A stretch of 64,000 nt of DNA, taken from assembly GCA_036652575.1 (NCBI GenBank), contig JAVVVP010000002.1, positions 25,154-89,153 on the forward strand, in the 5' to 3' direction. A program made the position numbers and the translations under genes. The notes under the pieces are model-generated. The model did no database searches, was not told where the DNA came from, and was given only the letters and a program-made list of their open reading frames with translations. Below are positions 49,435 through 59,611 of this stretch, piece after piece; position 1 is the first letter of the stretch; every line of letters starts with the position of its first letter. The stretch is from Bacteroidaceae bacterium. Its GTDB lineage: Bacteria > Bacteroidota > Bacteroidia > Bacteroidales > Bacteroidaceae.

Positions 49435-50802
49435 ATGAACAATTTAAACAAAAGAGTTAAGTATAAAGAATCGTGTGATGGGAAACGGTTCAGTACGACA
49501 TCGAGAAAAGGAATGGTGAAACGTCTTCTACTTATTCAACAAAAGGTACTATGCTCTATCGCGATGCTCTTCCTCTGTTTAACTCTGCATGCACAGCGTA
49601 ACGAAATATTCAGCGAACAAATACGTTCTCTGCGAGTGCTTGTAGATAATAATTGGACATTATCTCCAATTGTAACTCTTGGAGCTCGGCAACATATAGA
49701 AATTTCATTTGACGATCTCACCCATGAGTATCACCGTTACGTTTATCGAGTGGAACATTGTGATGCGTTATGGCAACCTTCTACGGATTTATTACAAAGT
49801 GATTATTTGTCGGGTATCAATGAAGATACACCGATAGAGGGATATAAGCAAAGTCTTAATACAACGCAACTATACACACATTATTCTTTACGTATCCCAA
49901 ACGAAAATATGGGGTTACTTCTTTCGGGAAACTATCGTGTGACGGTATTGCTAGAGGACGAAAATAATAAGATAACCCCCGTGCTGACAGCTCACTTTTC
50001 TGTGGTGGAACAATGTGTGTCTATTCGTGCCTCTGTATCAACAAATACAGATCGTGATTGGAATGATCATTTACAACAATTAGAAATGGCTTTAAGTTAT
50101 GGTTCATTAGCGGTGCGTGATGCTCGACAAGAAATGAAGACGATTGTATTGCAAAATAATCGTTGGGATATAGCTGTAATCAATGCACCCGCCTCCTACA
50201 TAACCACTTCGGGCTTGCAATGGACACATAATAAGGCTCTTATTTTTGATGCAGGAAATGAATATCGTAAATTTGAACTGCTGAGTTTGCATTATGCAGG
50301 TATGGGTATCGATCATTTAAAATGGTTTCCGCCTTATTATCACGCTACATTACTATTGGATAAACCACGTTGCAATTATGTGTATGATGAAGAGCAGAAT
50401 GGTAATTATTTTATTCGAACTTCAGATAATTCAGAGAATGATACACAAAGTGATTATGTATATGTGCATTTTTCTTTGCAGGCAGAAGCTCGCTTAGATG
50501 GCGATTTCTATCTAAATGGAGAGTGGACACGCGATTTGTTTCTTCCAGAGTATAAAATGCACTACAATGCGGATAAAAAAGTTTATGAGGCTTCCATTTT
50601 GATGAAACAAGGATATTATAACTATCAATATTTATTTGTTCCATCTTCAGATCCTACACGTGGTTTCACGAAACAAGCGGAAGGTAATTTCTATCAAACG
50701 GAGAATAAATACTCTATTTTTATTTATTATCGTCCTACGGGTAGTAGATATGATAGACTCGTAGGATATCGTACGATAGAATTTAATCCAAATCGCCCTT
50801 AA
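49435..50802 (+). CDS. Putative T9SS plug protein family member (DUF5103/T9SS_plug-like)
   Basis: 455 aa. A signal-peptide-like segment starts at the internal Met (MVKRLLL...LHAQ, ATG 49513), which may be the true start. IRSLRV...ISFDDL...Y.VEHCDALWQPS...SGNYRVTV resembles DUF5103 as recalled. Confidence 0.5.
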   Translation: MNNLNKRVKYKESCDGKRFSTTSRKGMVKRLLLIQQKVLCSIAMLFLCLTLHAQRNEIFSEQIRSLRVLVDNNWTLSPIVTLGARQHIEISFDDLTHEYHRYVYRVEHCDALWQPSTDLLQSDYLSGINEDTPIEGYKQSLNTTQLYTHYSLRIPNENMGLLLSGNYRVTVLLEDENNKITPVLTAHFSVVEQCVSIRASVSTNTDRDWNDHLQQLEMALSYGSLAVRDARQEMKTIVLQNNRWDIAVINAPASYITTSGLQWTHNKALIFDAGNEYRKFELLSLHYAGMGIDHLKWFPPYYHATLLLDKPRCNYVYDEEQNGNYFIRTSDNSENDTQSDYVYVHFSLQAEARLDGDFYLNGEWTRDLFLPEYKMHYNADKKVYEASILMKQGYYNYQYLFVPSSDPTRGFTKQAEGNFYQTENKYSIFIYYRPTGSRYDRLVGYRTIEFNPNRP

Positions 50803-50818
50803 TTGATTAAAAAATACG

Positions 50819-50826
50819 TACATTTG
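50819..50826 (+). promoter_or_regulatory. -7 box TACATTTG for the dehydrogenase gene
   Basis: Exact TAnnTTTG match, 21 nt upstream of the ATG at 50848. Confidence 0.45.
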
Positions 50827-50847
50827 CGCCTTAAAAACAAATAATTA

Positions 50848-51804
50848 ATGAATATTGTAGTCTTAGATGGGGTTACGCTTACCGCAGGAGATATATCGTG
50901 GCAGCCTTTTGAAGAATTGGGGAACCTAGTCGTTTATCCTCGTACAGAAGCTTCGGAGGTCGTGAAACGGAGCTTGGATGCTGATGTACTTATTGTCAAC
51001 AAAGTGTCGTTGACTAGTTCTGTTATAAACGCTTTGCCAAAGTTGAAATATATTGGTGTTTTGTCTACTGGATATGATGTTGTAGATATTGTGGCAGCTC
51101 AAAAATGTAGTATACCTGTTTGTAATGTTCCTAGTTATAGTACAAACTCTGTTGCTCAACAAGTTTTTGCCCATTTACTCAATATCTTGAATCATGTAGC
51201 GCATTATGCAGCAGAAAACAGAAAAGGACATTGGAGCTCGAATGCTGATTTTTGTTATTGGGACACGCCATTAGTAGAATTATCGGGAAAAACAATGGGT
51301 ATTGTAGGCTTTGGACACATTGGACAAGCGGTCGCTCGAATTGCAAGTGCTTTTGGTATGAAGATACTGGTTGTGACTCGTAAACATCCAAGAAATTTAC
51401 CGATGATTGTACAAAAAACTACGCTTGACGAACTATTTAAGTGCGCTGATGTAGTGAGCCTTCACTGCCCGCTTACTCCAGATGCAAATCCTATCGTAGA
51501 GGCTCAACGTTTATCTTTCATGAAATCATCGGCTGTACTTATCAATACCGCTCGCGGAGGACTTGTTTGCGAGCAAGAACTAGCGGATGCATTAAATCGG
51601 GGTGAACTAGCTGCTTATGGCGCAGACGTATTAAGTGTAGAACCTGCTAATAAAAACAACCCACTACTTACTGCAAAAAATTCTTTTATTACTCCTCATA
51701 TTGCATGGGCTACGAGTGAAGCTCGTCAGCGTTTACTCAAAATAGCGGCAGAGAATATACGAGCTTTTATTTCTGGAAAGCCACAAAATGTAGTTAACAA
51801 TTAA
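50848..51804 (+). CDS. D-isomer-specific 2-hydroxyacid dehydrogenase (glycerate dehydrogenase-like)
   Basis: 318 aa. The NAD-binding motif is GIVGFGHIGQAVARIA, and the catalytic Arg/Glu/His context is INTARGGLV and TPHIAWAT. Confidence 0.88.
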   Translation: MNIVVLDGVTLTAGDISWQPFEELGNLVVYPRTEASEVVKRSLDADVLIVNKVSLTSSVINALPKLKYIGVLSTGYDVVDIVAAQKCSIPVCNVPSYSTNSVAQQVFAHLLNILNHVAHYAAENRKGHWSSNADFCYWDTPLVELSGKTMGIVGFGHIGQAVARIASAFGMKILVVTRKHPRNLPMIVQKTTLDELFKCADVVSLHCPLTPDANPIVEAQRLSFMKSSAVLINTARGGLVCEQELADALNRGELAAYGADVLSVEPANKNNPLLTAKNSFITPHIAWATSEARQRLLKIAAENIRAFISGKPQNVVNN

Positions 51805-51810
51805 CGATTT

Positions 51811-52437
51811 ATGGAATTACCTACTTTTATTCAGATACTTGATTTTATCGGAACCTTAGCTTTTGCTATTTCAGGTATACGTTTGGCTTCAGCTAAAAGA
51901 TTTGATTGGTTTGGAGCGTATGTTGTTGGTGTAACTACGGCTATTGGAGGTGGTACTATGCGCGATGTGTTGCTTGGTCAGCCTATCTTTTGGATGACGA
52001 ACTCCTTTTATTTGATTTGCTCTGGAATAGCCTTACTTTGGGTTATTATATTTGGCAAAAAACTGATACGGCAGCATAATACATGGTTCCTTTTTGATAC
52101 TGTTGGCTTGGCGCTTTTTACGGTGACAGGTATGGAGAAAACATTAAATTATGGTTTCCCTTTTTGGACTGCTATTATAATGGGTACCATGACGGGGGCT
52201 GCGGGAGGTGTGTTTCGTGATGTCTTTATCAACGAAGTACCACTTATTTTTCGTAAAGAAATTTATGCTCTTGCTTGTGTAATAGGGGGTGTGGCCTATA
52301 CCATATGTGCGAAGCTCGGTTTCCAAAGTTATATATGTGGTGTCGTTTGTGGTTTAGTGGTAATCTTAATCCGTGTCCTTGCCGTGAAGTATCATTTAAG
52401 TTTGCCTATTTTGAAAGGTGAAGAGGAAGAATCTTGA
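51811..52437 (+). CDS. Trimeric intracellular cation channel-like membrane protein (UPF0126/YadS family)
   Basis: 208 aa with seven hydrophobic helices and a duplicated GGGxxRD motif (GGGTMRDVL and AAGGVFRDVF). Confidence 0.8.
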   Translation: MELPTFIQILDFIGTLAFAISGIRLASAKRFDWFGAYVVGVTTAIGGGTMRDVLLGQPIFWMTNSFYLICSGIALLWVIIFGKKLIRQHNTWFLFDTVGLALFTVTGMEKTLNYGFPFWTAIIMGTMTGAAGGVFRDVFINEVPLIFRKEIYALACVIGGVAYTICAKLGFQSYICGVVCGLVVILIRVLAVKYHLSLPILKGEEEES

Positions 52438-52472
52438 TAACCTGTAAAGGTGGATTCTTAGAAGGACTTTTC

Positions 52473-54614
52473 TTAATCATCGAATAAGTGAAAGGCCACT
52501 TTTGCTCCCACGGATACGCCTGAAGCATTTGCTCCACCTACAAATAGAGCATAAGATCCGAGATGCGTAGAAGCCCCATAACCAATTTCTAAATACGGTT
52601 TCAGAGCATTAACCATTAAAACATTACAATAAAGCCGCTCGGTCGTGATGAAACGAGTGAACATTTTTAAGCGAGAGAGTAGGAGCATGGGCGATTCATA
52701 AGCCGTACATAGTCGGGCATAGTAGTTCGATTCATTGTACCAATGGCGTTCGAGTAATTGAAACTCACCCATTAGTTCGTCTTCCCAACCATTTGGCATA
52801 CTATTGTAGCTGAAATTTGCATAGTCTACGAAGTACATTTGCTTTTGACTTGTATAAAAACCAGTTCCAGCACGAAAATACAAACTACGCAGTGCGTAGA
52901 GTGGTAATTTATAGCTGGCGTCAAATTCCCAGCGTTCATATTGATTTTTGTAGCTAGCTATTTTGACACCTCGTTCATAGTCAATTGTAAAAGTCGGGAG
53001 TGGCGAAAAAAGTGCCACCTTGCGCACGTTGTTGCGATAATAATAATTCTGTGGAGTCCAAACCAAACGAATATTGGGCGCAAAGCTTTCATATCTTCGT
53101 TTGAGTCCCGTTTTATTCGCTACTTCGTTCCAGTTTTTCATAGAGCGTTGATGATAGATAAGTCCAACATTCAGTTGGAGCCCATTGAATGGTTCAATAG
53201 AAAAACTTGTTTTGGTATAGAAATCGTTGAAGTAATTGAAATCGTATGCGTTAAATACCTTTTGCAAAGAATCATAGTCGCTTATACCTTCTATTTTTTT
53301 TCTTATTTCATCAGCTTGTTTACTACTATAAATGCGATTTCCATTTCCTACTTCTAGATGGAACATTCCGTTGTTTGAAGGAGAAAAGGTATAATGAATT
53401 GGTAGTTTCCAATAAAGTTGGTTGAGCTTAAAGTTATAGCCTATATGAGCTGCTGTATTAAACTCTCGCATGTGAGAAGAGGTGTATTTGTATTTTATTT
53501 TTGTTTGAATGGAGACACCTCGGTTTTTACTCCATTGTAGCATAGAGGGCGTGATGATAGGGGGCAAGCTTAATTGTCCTGCAGGAGTTACATGTATGCT
53601 ATGATTATCGAGCAGTATATCTTCTAAGCCATCCGAAAAAAAAACTTTCTTTTTTAAGCTGTCAGGAACTATTTTCTTTTTGTTCCTAACTGCTTTATGA
53701 TAAATAGAGTCCTCCAATGATGAAAGAGGAATAGGACGATGCTCTTTGAAGTAACTATAGTTGTGAATCGTTTGTGTTGTATCTGTTTTTTGCAGATTTA
53801 AGTAGGTTAGATCGTATTTGTTTTGGGCTTTACTTTGAACGGAGATGCCATTGGAATAAATTTCACTAAAGTCAGACCTTGTAAAGACCGTTGTTCTGAG
53901 TTTGTTCCCAAATAGGTTAAATTCAAAGTACAGGTGAAGGGTTTTGGGTAGCAAGGATAAAAGGTCTCCATTGCCCATTTCACCTTTTATTTTGATTCTA
54001 GTAAAATTATAAATGATCGAAAAGGAAAAGTCTATGACGGAACCAGTAGTTGCATTAACTTTGATTTGTCCTTCCATCAACTGTGTGTTGTAAAAGCGTG
54101 GTGTGATCTGAATATATTGAAAGGTCCCGTTTTCGTTGGTTTTAATGCTATCTAAATGATAAATGTAATATGTCCTATTGCGGCGATTCAGTGGTGAAAG
54201 CAGCTTTTTTTGCATTAAATTGGGCTCATAGATAGAAAGATTTAGATTGGTGATTATTTGATCGCGTAGGTTCCGCATATATGGCATCGTGCTGTAGAAT
54301 GCTACTTCACGTGAGTCTACCATATTGGGCGCGGTATAATTATATTGTAAAAAGCTTTCACCGAGGTAAGCGTTGTTCCCTCGCTCTAAGCGTAATATAT
54401 TAGGGATAAGTCGGAGCATTCTATTCTGACGTTTTGTTTCGATATGAAACTTTAGATAGGTACTTGATTCAAAGTGCCCTATACGCTTTTCGTTCTTGTC
54501 TGCAAACTTAAAAACTTGATACATAAGTGTATCGTTGTTTATGTACTTATTACTACTGTATGCAAGAGTCGGTAATAATGTAATGATTGCGATTATGAGC
54601 GTAAATAGTTGCAT
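52473..54614 (-). CDS. Putative outer-membrane protein of unknown function (possibly DUF5686-like)
   Basis: 713 aa with a signal peptide, Tyr/Asn-rich beta-type sequence and a C-terminal beta-barrel-like segment. The family guess is low confidence. It starts 5 nt after the relA-like stop. Confidence 0.45.
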   Translation of the reverse strand: MQLFTLIIAIITLLPTLAYSSNKYINNDTLMYQVFKFADKNEKRIGHFESSTYLKFHIETKRQNRMLRLIPNILRLERGNNAYLGESFLQYNYTAPNMVDSREVAFYSTMPYMRNLRDQIITNLNLSIYEPNLMQKKLLSPLNRRNRTYYIYHLDSIKTNENGTFQYIQITPRFYNTQLMEGQIKVNATTGSVIDFSFSIIYNFTRIKIKGEMGNGDLLSLLPKTLHLYFEFNLFGNKLRTTVFTRSDFSEIYSNGISVQSKAQNKYDLTYLNLQKTDTTQTIHNYSYFKEHRPIPLSSLEDSIYHKAVRNKKKIVPDSLKKKVFFSDGLEDILLDNHSIHVTPAGQLSLPPIITPSMLQWSKNRGVSIQTKIKYKYTSSHMREFNTAAHIGYNFKLNQLYWKLPIHYTFSPSNNGMFHLEVGNGNRIYSSKQADEIRKKIEGISDYDSLQKVFNAYDFNYFNDFYTKTSFSIEPFNGLQLNVGLIYHQRSMKNWNEVANKTGLKRRYESFAPNIRLVWTPQNYYYRNNVRKVALFSPLPTFTIDYERGVKIASYKNQYERWEFDASYKLPLYALRSLYFRAGTGFYTSQKQMYFVDYANFSYNSMPNGWEDELMGEFQLLERHWYNESNYYARLCTAYESPMLLLSRLKMFTRFITTERLYCNVLMVNALKPYLEIGYGASTHLGSYALFVGGANASGVSVGAKVAFHLFDD

Positions 54615-54619
54615 TATTG

Positions 54620-56830
54620 TTAGCTTCGAGACACATTTTTAACACCTTTGGCTGCTTTAAGTTTTTTGATAAGAGATTCTAGTCCGCGTGTGTCGCTTAC
54701 CATTATTGTTAGCATTCCTGAGAATAACCCGTCGTTGGATTCTATATTGATCGAGCGAAGCGTTATGTTGTTTTCCTTGCTAATAATAGACGTAATATTA
54801 TTTATTATTCCTAGATCATCGTTTCCTATAACACGTAACATAATAGGGTAATTACTATTTGTTCCCTTTCCAGCCCATTTGGCCTTCACCATACGATAAC
54901 TAAACCGTTCGCGTAAGGCAGGTGCATTGGGACATGAATGGCGATGTATCTTGATACCGCCACTTACGGTTACAAAACCAAAGACATCATCCCCGTATAT
55001 AGGATGACAACATTTGGCAAGACTGTAGTCGATGTCTTTAAGACTTTGATCAATTACTAAGACATCATTGTCTTCGGTTGTTCTGCGTTCGTCTTCGGTA
55101 GATAGATTATAATTTTCGGCACTTATAATTGTTGCTCGTTCTAATTGATTCGTTTCTTTCTTATAGAGGTATAGATAGGTTTCTATTACTTCGTTGATGT
55201 CAAGCGTTTCGTTACCGATGTTCCGAAAAAAATCACTTTGTTCTTTAAAACCTAGCTTTTTTACCAAATGATTGAGTGTACTTTCGTCTAATTCTATCTT
55301 TCTATTTTTGAATTTCCGTTCAAGTTGCTCTTTGGCAAAACTTACTTCTTTGACTTGAACTTCCTTAATCGCTTGACGTATTTTGCTTTTTGCACGACTT
55401 GTCTTTACGATGTTTAACCAATCTGGTTTGGGATTCTGGTTGTTTGCAGTGAGCACCACGACAGAGTCTCCACTCGCAAGTTCGTAGCGAAGGCTTACAT
55501 TTTTGTCATTCACCATAGCCCCTATACATTTATTTCCTATATTGGAATGTATATGATAAGCAAAGTCGAGAACGGTTGCTCCTTTCGCTAACTTAAATAA
55601 GTCTCCTTTAGGGGTAAATACATATAATTCATCTTCATACAGATCCGTTTTGAACTGATCCATAAGTTTTAGGTCATCATTGTTTTCTAATGCGCCACGA
55701 ATGTTTGCAAGCCAATCTTCAATCCCTGTTTCCGAACTTTTTACACCTTTGTAACGCCAATGTGCAGCAAGTCCGTGTTCTGCAATTTCGTCCATCCGTT
55801 GAGTCCGTATTTGTACTTCCACCCATTTCTTTTCAGGGCCGAGAACTGTTATATGTAGGCTTTCATACCCATTGCTCTTTGGAATAGACAACCAATCTCT
55901 TAATCGTTTCGGGTTGGGCTGATACATATCGGTTACAATACTGTATGCCTGCCAACAATCTTGTTTCTCTCGCTTTTCTTTGGAATCGAGTATTATACGA
56001 ATTGCAAATAAGTCGTAAACCCCATCAAAAGAACATTGCTGCTTCTTCATCTTCTGCCAAATAGAGTGAATACTTTTTGTACGTCCTTTGATGTGGAACT
56101 TGAGCCCAGCTTCAGAAAGATGTTGATTTACGGGGGAAATAAAGCGTTCTATGTATTCGTTGCGTGCTTTCTTTGTCGCGTTTAATTTCTCTTTAATATG
56201 GTAGTACGCATCATGTTCCATATATTTGAGGGATAAATCCTCTAATTCACTTTTGAGTTTGTATAAACCTAGTTTGTGACTAAGGGGGGCATATAAGTAG
56301 GCGGCTTCTTCAGCTGCACGATAGCGTGCATCAACTTCTGTGGAGTCTTTAATACGTCTCATTAAAGCTACGCGGTCGGCGATAATAAGGAGTATCACTC
56401 GCATATCTTCGGCAAATGATACTAATAGATTTCTGAAATTCTCACTTTTAATGCTTGGGCTTTTGGCATATAATTCACCAATGCGATTTAGTCCGTGTAA
56501 AATGGAATAGACATCTTGTCCGAAAAGGTGTGCAATGTTTTCTATTCTATTTTCTTTTGTTGCTACTTGAAGTAACCACGCAGTGATGGCAGATCCTTTT
56601 ATTCCAATTTCGTTTACAGCTATTAAAGCTCCTTCTAATGATGTTATAATGGAATTAAATCCGAATAAATCAGGTTGAAGGGGTTCTTCGCTTATCGCTT
56701 GTTCTATATAGCTTTTTAGATCATAATATTTATGATCTATAAATGTTTCAGGCGTTAGTCTTCGTAATTTTGTATACAGACTAACGATTTGCCGCCTCTC
56801 TTCGATTGGAAAATACGTTGTTTCTTTCAT
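54620..56830 (-). CDS. relA: Long RelA/SpoT homolog, RelA-like with a degenerate hydrolase domain
   Basis: 736 aa. The synthetase blocks are intact (RTKSIHSIWQKM, DLFAIRIIL, YESLHITVLGP and VEVQIRTQRMDEIAEHG). The TGS, CCHP...HRHSCPN zinc-finger and ACT/RRM C-terminal domains are present. The HD motif positions read LLQVATKEN and ADRVALM. Confidence 0.92.
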   Translation of the reverse strand: MKETTYFPIEERRQIVSLYTKLRRLTPETFIDHKYYDLKSYIEQAISEEPLQPDLFGFNSIITSLEGALIAVNEIGIKGSAITAWLLQVATKENRIENIAHLFGQDVYSILHGLNRIGELYAKSPSIKSENFRNLLVSFAEDMRVILLIIADRVALMRRIKDSTEVDARYRAAEEAAYLYAPLSHKLGLYKLKSELEDLSLKYMEHDAYYHIKEKLNATKKARNEYIERFISPVNQHLSEAGLKFHIKGRTKSIHSIWQKMKKQQCSFDGVYDLFAIRIILDSKEKREKQDCWQAYSIVTDMYQPNPKRLRDWLSIPKSNGYESLHITVLGPEKKWVEVQIRTQRMDEIAEHGLAAHWRYKGVKSSETGIEDWLANIRGALENNDDLKLMDQFKTDLYEDELYVFTPKGDLFKLAKGATVLDFAYHIHSNIGNKCIGAMVNDKNVSLRYELASGDSVVVLTANNQNPKPDWLNIVKTSRAKSKIRQAIKEVQVKEVSFAKEQLERKFKNRKIELDESTLNHLVKKLGFKEQSDFFRNIGNETLDINEVIETYLYLYKKETNQLERATIISAENYNLSTEDERRTTEDNDVLVIDQSLKDIDYSLAKCCHPIYGDDVFGFVTVSGGIKIHRHSCPNAPALRERFSYRMVKAKWAGKGTNSNYPIMLRVIGNDDLGIINNITSIISKENNITLRSINIESNDGLFSGMLTIMVSDTRGLESLIKKLKAAKGVKNVSRS

Positions 56831-56880
56831 AACATCTGATATTCTGTATTTATTGCAAGTTACGCTTTTACAGTCTTATT

Positions 56881-59250
56881 TTATTTTTTAGATGGATCGT
56901 TAAGTGCTTTTTCTATGTAATCCGCAATTTCACTAAAGTGTACCTTTGAAGCTTCATCGCGCATTTTTGTTGCGGAGACTTTTGATGTCAAGAGTATTTT
57001 TTTGAGCATACTTAGTACGGCTGCACGTTCATCAATGATTGGCGGATAGTTTTTGTACAGTTCTACCAAGTTTAGCGTATAGCGTCGTTGCAAGCTTCGA
57101 CGATAAGTGGATACTTTTGTGTTCGATTGTGTTTCTTTGAACAGCATTTTAGTAAGGTCGGACAAATATTCTGAGGCTTTATAGGTTTCTACTAATTTGC
57201 AGATAAAGGACGCATCACTAAGTCTGTCAACGGTAGTTTCGCCAATGCGTGTCGTTATATCTTGCTGTTTAGGTGTGATACGATTTATATATGGAACATT
57301 AATAATCCATGATGGCTCGTTGAATACCTGTGTGTTGAGCCAAGAGAGTGCGTCTTTTTGTTGAGCTTTGGATTCGGGCGTGTAAATAGATCCAGGCTCG
57401 TCTATCGTTTTATAATTAGTGAATGTACCTCCTATGTTTTGAATAACATGCCCTATGTAGCGTTGGAATTGTCCGACAACTCCTGAGTAAGCTTTTTTTA
57501 AATTATCACCATTGATGTCATTTCCCCAATAAGTCCACTGAGGTAGTACACGGATGATACGTTTAAGGTTTAGAATCCCATAGTTACTAGCTTTCATCGA
57601 ATTGTCACCAAGATCTTCTGTCTGGCATCGAGGATCAGAGAAAGGATTGGTTTCCCCATCTCCAAACCATAGACGAGGTTTGTTTTTTGTACGTTCTTTT
57701 GTCAGCAAATCCATTTCATATCGGTCGCTTTCCGAATCCGTGGAATTCCAAGTTGGGCGATACCCCCATTCTATAGCCCAAAGATCGTAGTCGTTGATGC
57801 GAGGAAATATGCCAGCTGTACTGATGTTGTCTTCTGGCTGCGCTACATAATTGAAACGTGCATAGTCCATAATGGAGGCGGTATGACCATATTTTTCAAC
57901 CCATTGCTTATTGCGTAAGCTGTCTACAGGCGAAAGGCTACTAGCTCCAAAATTATGACGCAAGCCAAGTGTGTGTCCCACTTCGTGACTAGAAACGAAG
58001 CGTATCAATTCACCCATTAGTGCTTCATCGTATTTCATGGTGCGAGCCCGAGGGTCTAATGTGCCAGCTTGTATCATATACCAACGATGAAGGAGGTCCA
58101 TAACGTTGTGGTACCAACCGATATGGCTTTCTATTATTTCACCGCTACGTGGGTCGTGTACTTGCGGCCCGTAAGCATTGGAGATGTTAGAAGCCAAATA
58201 ACGAATAACAGAATATCGAGCATCTTCCATACTCATTGTGGAATCGTTTTCAGGCCATTCTTTCGCCATGATCGCATTCTTAAATCCCGCTTTTTCAAAG
58301 GCTACTTGCCAGTCGTTTACGCCTTGTATCAAATATTTTTTCCATTGTTTAGGTGTTGCTGGATCGATATAAAAAACGATCGGTTTTTGAGGCTCTACAA
58401 GTTCGCCTTTCTTCATTTTTTCTCTATCTTCACTTTTGGGCTCTAGCCTCCAACGAGTGATAAACGTTTTAGAAGAAACTTGCTGTTGATCGTCTGAAAA
58501 GACATCGTAGGAATCGGCAAAGTAACCTACACGTTGATCAAAGATGCGAGCCAGCATCGGTTCTTTCGGAAGGAGCACAAACGAGGTGTTTAAACCAAAC
58601 GTTATATTTCCCGTAGTATAGGCAGCAGGTGTGCTGTATCCATTGCTTGCATAAGTACGTATTGTGCGAATTTCGGTGTTGATAGGGAATGTTTTGATCG
58701 TATCAATAAATGAAACATCGTTTTTTTGATGACTTATCCCGTAACGCGACTTTATATTGTTGCGTAGTGAAAAGGTATTATCGTCTATAAAGAAGTTCGT
58801 CACATTGATACGATATCGATTACTATCACATTTTTCTATCTTAAAAGCTCCAATAATGGGATCTTCGTTGCTGATGGATACAGCTTTGTTTATGTTGTCC
58901 GTAGAATCAGCTTTACTATAAAGTAACTTAGAACGCAGCAACAATCGGTTACCAGATGCTTTTTCCCAATATACAGTTTGTTGACTATTCATTTCCCCTC
59001 CGTAAATTCCTGTTTGGGTAGGTGTTGCCGTGTATCGAGTAACGCTTAAGATAAGTCTGCCAACGATAGAATCTGGTATTTCTAAAAACCAATCTTTCTC
59101 TTTCTTTTCTACGAAAAAGAGCCCCTTCTTTAGTGGTGGTGCTTTTTTGCTTATTGTGGTTTCCGATTTTGTACTGCTTGTCTTGTTTTCTGCTTGTATC
59201 GGAACTATCAACATTGTTGATAGTAGCGCTATTAATAAAAGTCGTTTCAT
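56881..59250 (-). CDS. Secreted zinc-dependent metalloprotease (DUF5117/DUF4953-like)
   Basis: 789 aa with a signal peptide. The zinc motif is HEVGHTLGLRHNF (HExxH plus downstream His). The DUF family names are from memory. Confidence 0.78.
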   Translation of the reverse strand: MKRLLLIALLSTMLIVPIQAENKTSSTKSETTISKKAPPLKKGLFFVEKKEKDWFLEIPDSIVGRLILSVTRYTATPTQTGIYGGEMNSQQTVYWEKASGNRLLLRSKLLYSKADSTDNINKAVSISNEDPIIGAFKIEKCDSNRYRINVTNFFIDDNTFSLRNNIKSRYGISHQKNDVSFIDTIKTFPINTEIRTIRTYASNGYSTPAAYTTGNITFGLNTSFVLLPKEPMLARIFDQRVGYFADSYDVFSDDQQQVSSKTFITRWRLEPKSEDREKMKKGELVEPQKPIVFYIDPATPKQWKKYLIQGVNDWQVAFEKAGFKNAIMAKEWPENDSTMSMEDARYSVIRYLASNISNAYGPQVHDPRSGEIIESHIGWYHNVMDLLHRWYMIQAGTLDPRARTMKYDEALMGELIRFVSSHEVGHTLGLRHNFGASSLSPVDSLRNKQWVEKYGHTASIMDYARFNYVAQPEDNISTAGIFPRINDYDLWAIEWGYRPTWNSTDSESDRYEMDLLTKERTKNKPRLWFGDGETNPFSDPRCQTEDLGDNSMKASNYGILNLKRIIRVLPQWTYWGNDINGDNLKKAYSGVVGQFQRYIGHVIQNIGGTFTNYKTIDEPGSIYTPESKAQQKDALSWLNTQVFNEPSWIINVPYINRITPKQQDITTRIGETTVDRLSDASFICKLVETYKASEYLSDLTKMLFKETQSNTKVSTYRRSLQRRYTLNLVELYKNYPPIIDERAAVLSMLKKILLTSKVSATKMRDEASKVHFSEIADYIEKALNDPSKK

Positions 59251-59275
59251 CTTTTACGTTGTTTTCGTATTTTTA

Positions 59276-59470
59276 TTATTTATCTAACCTCTTTTTAAAG
59301 CTGAGAAATAGCTCTTTATAGTCTTCTTCCGTGGTCGTTAAAGCATAATCTGCAAGAACTTTTTCGAAAGACTCTATGGCTAGTTTGCGCATCATAGCCT
59401 TACCTGCTCTAATGCCACTTTGATAGTTTGTGTGAGGTAGTAGTGCTTTATTAAAGTTTCCGTCGCTCAT
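59276..59470 (-). CDS. Small hypothetical protein (64 aa)
   Basis: ATG-initiated, predicted helical and soluble. It ends 25 nt upstream of the metalloprotease ATG on the same strand. No family was recognised. Confidence 0.4.
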   Translation of the reverse strand: MSDGNFNKALLPHTNYQSGIRAGKAMMRKLAIESFEKVLADYALTTTEEDYKELFLSFKKRLDK

Positions 59471-59611
59471 TTGTATAGTTTGTTTTTATATTGCGGGTAA
59501 AATTACGAATAAAAAAGGAGTTGACAAGAAGTAATCTTGTCTATTTTGAAGAAAATTTTATTCTGATTATAACTACTTCCTCTCTTTCTGAAAATGGAGC
59601 ATTTTTTAGGT

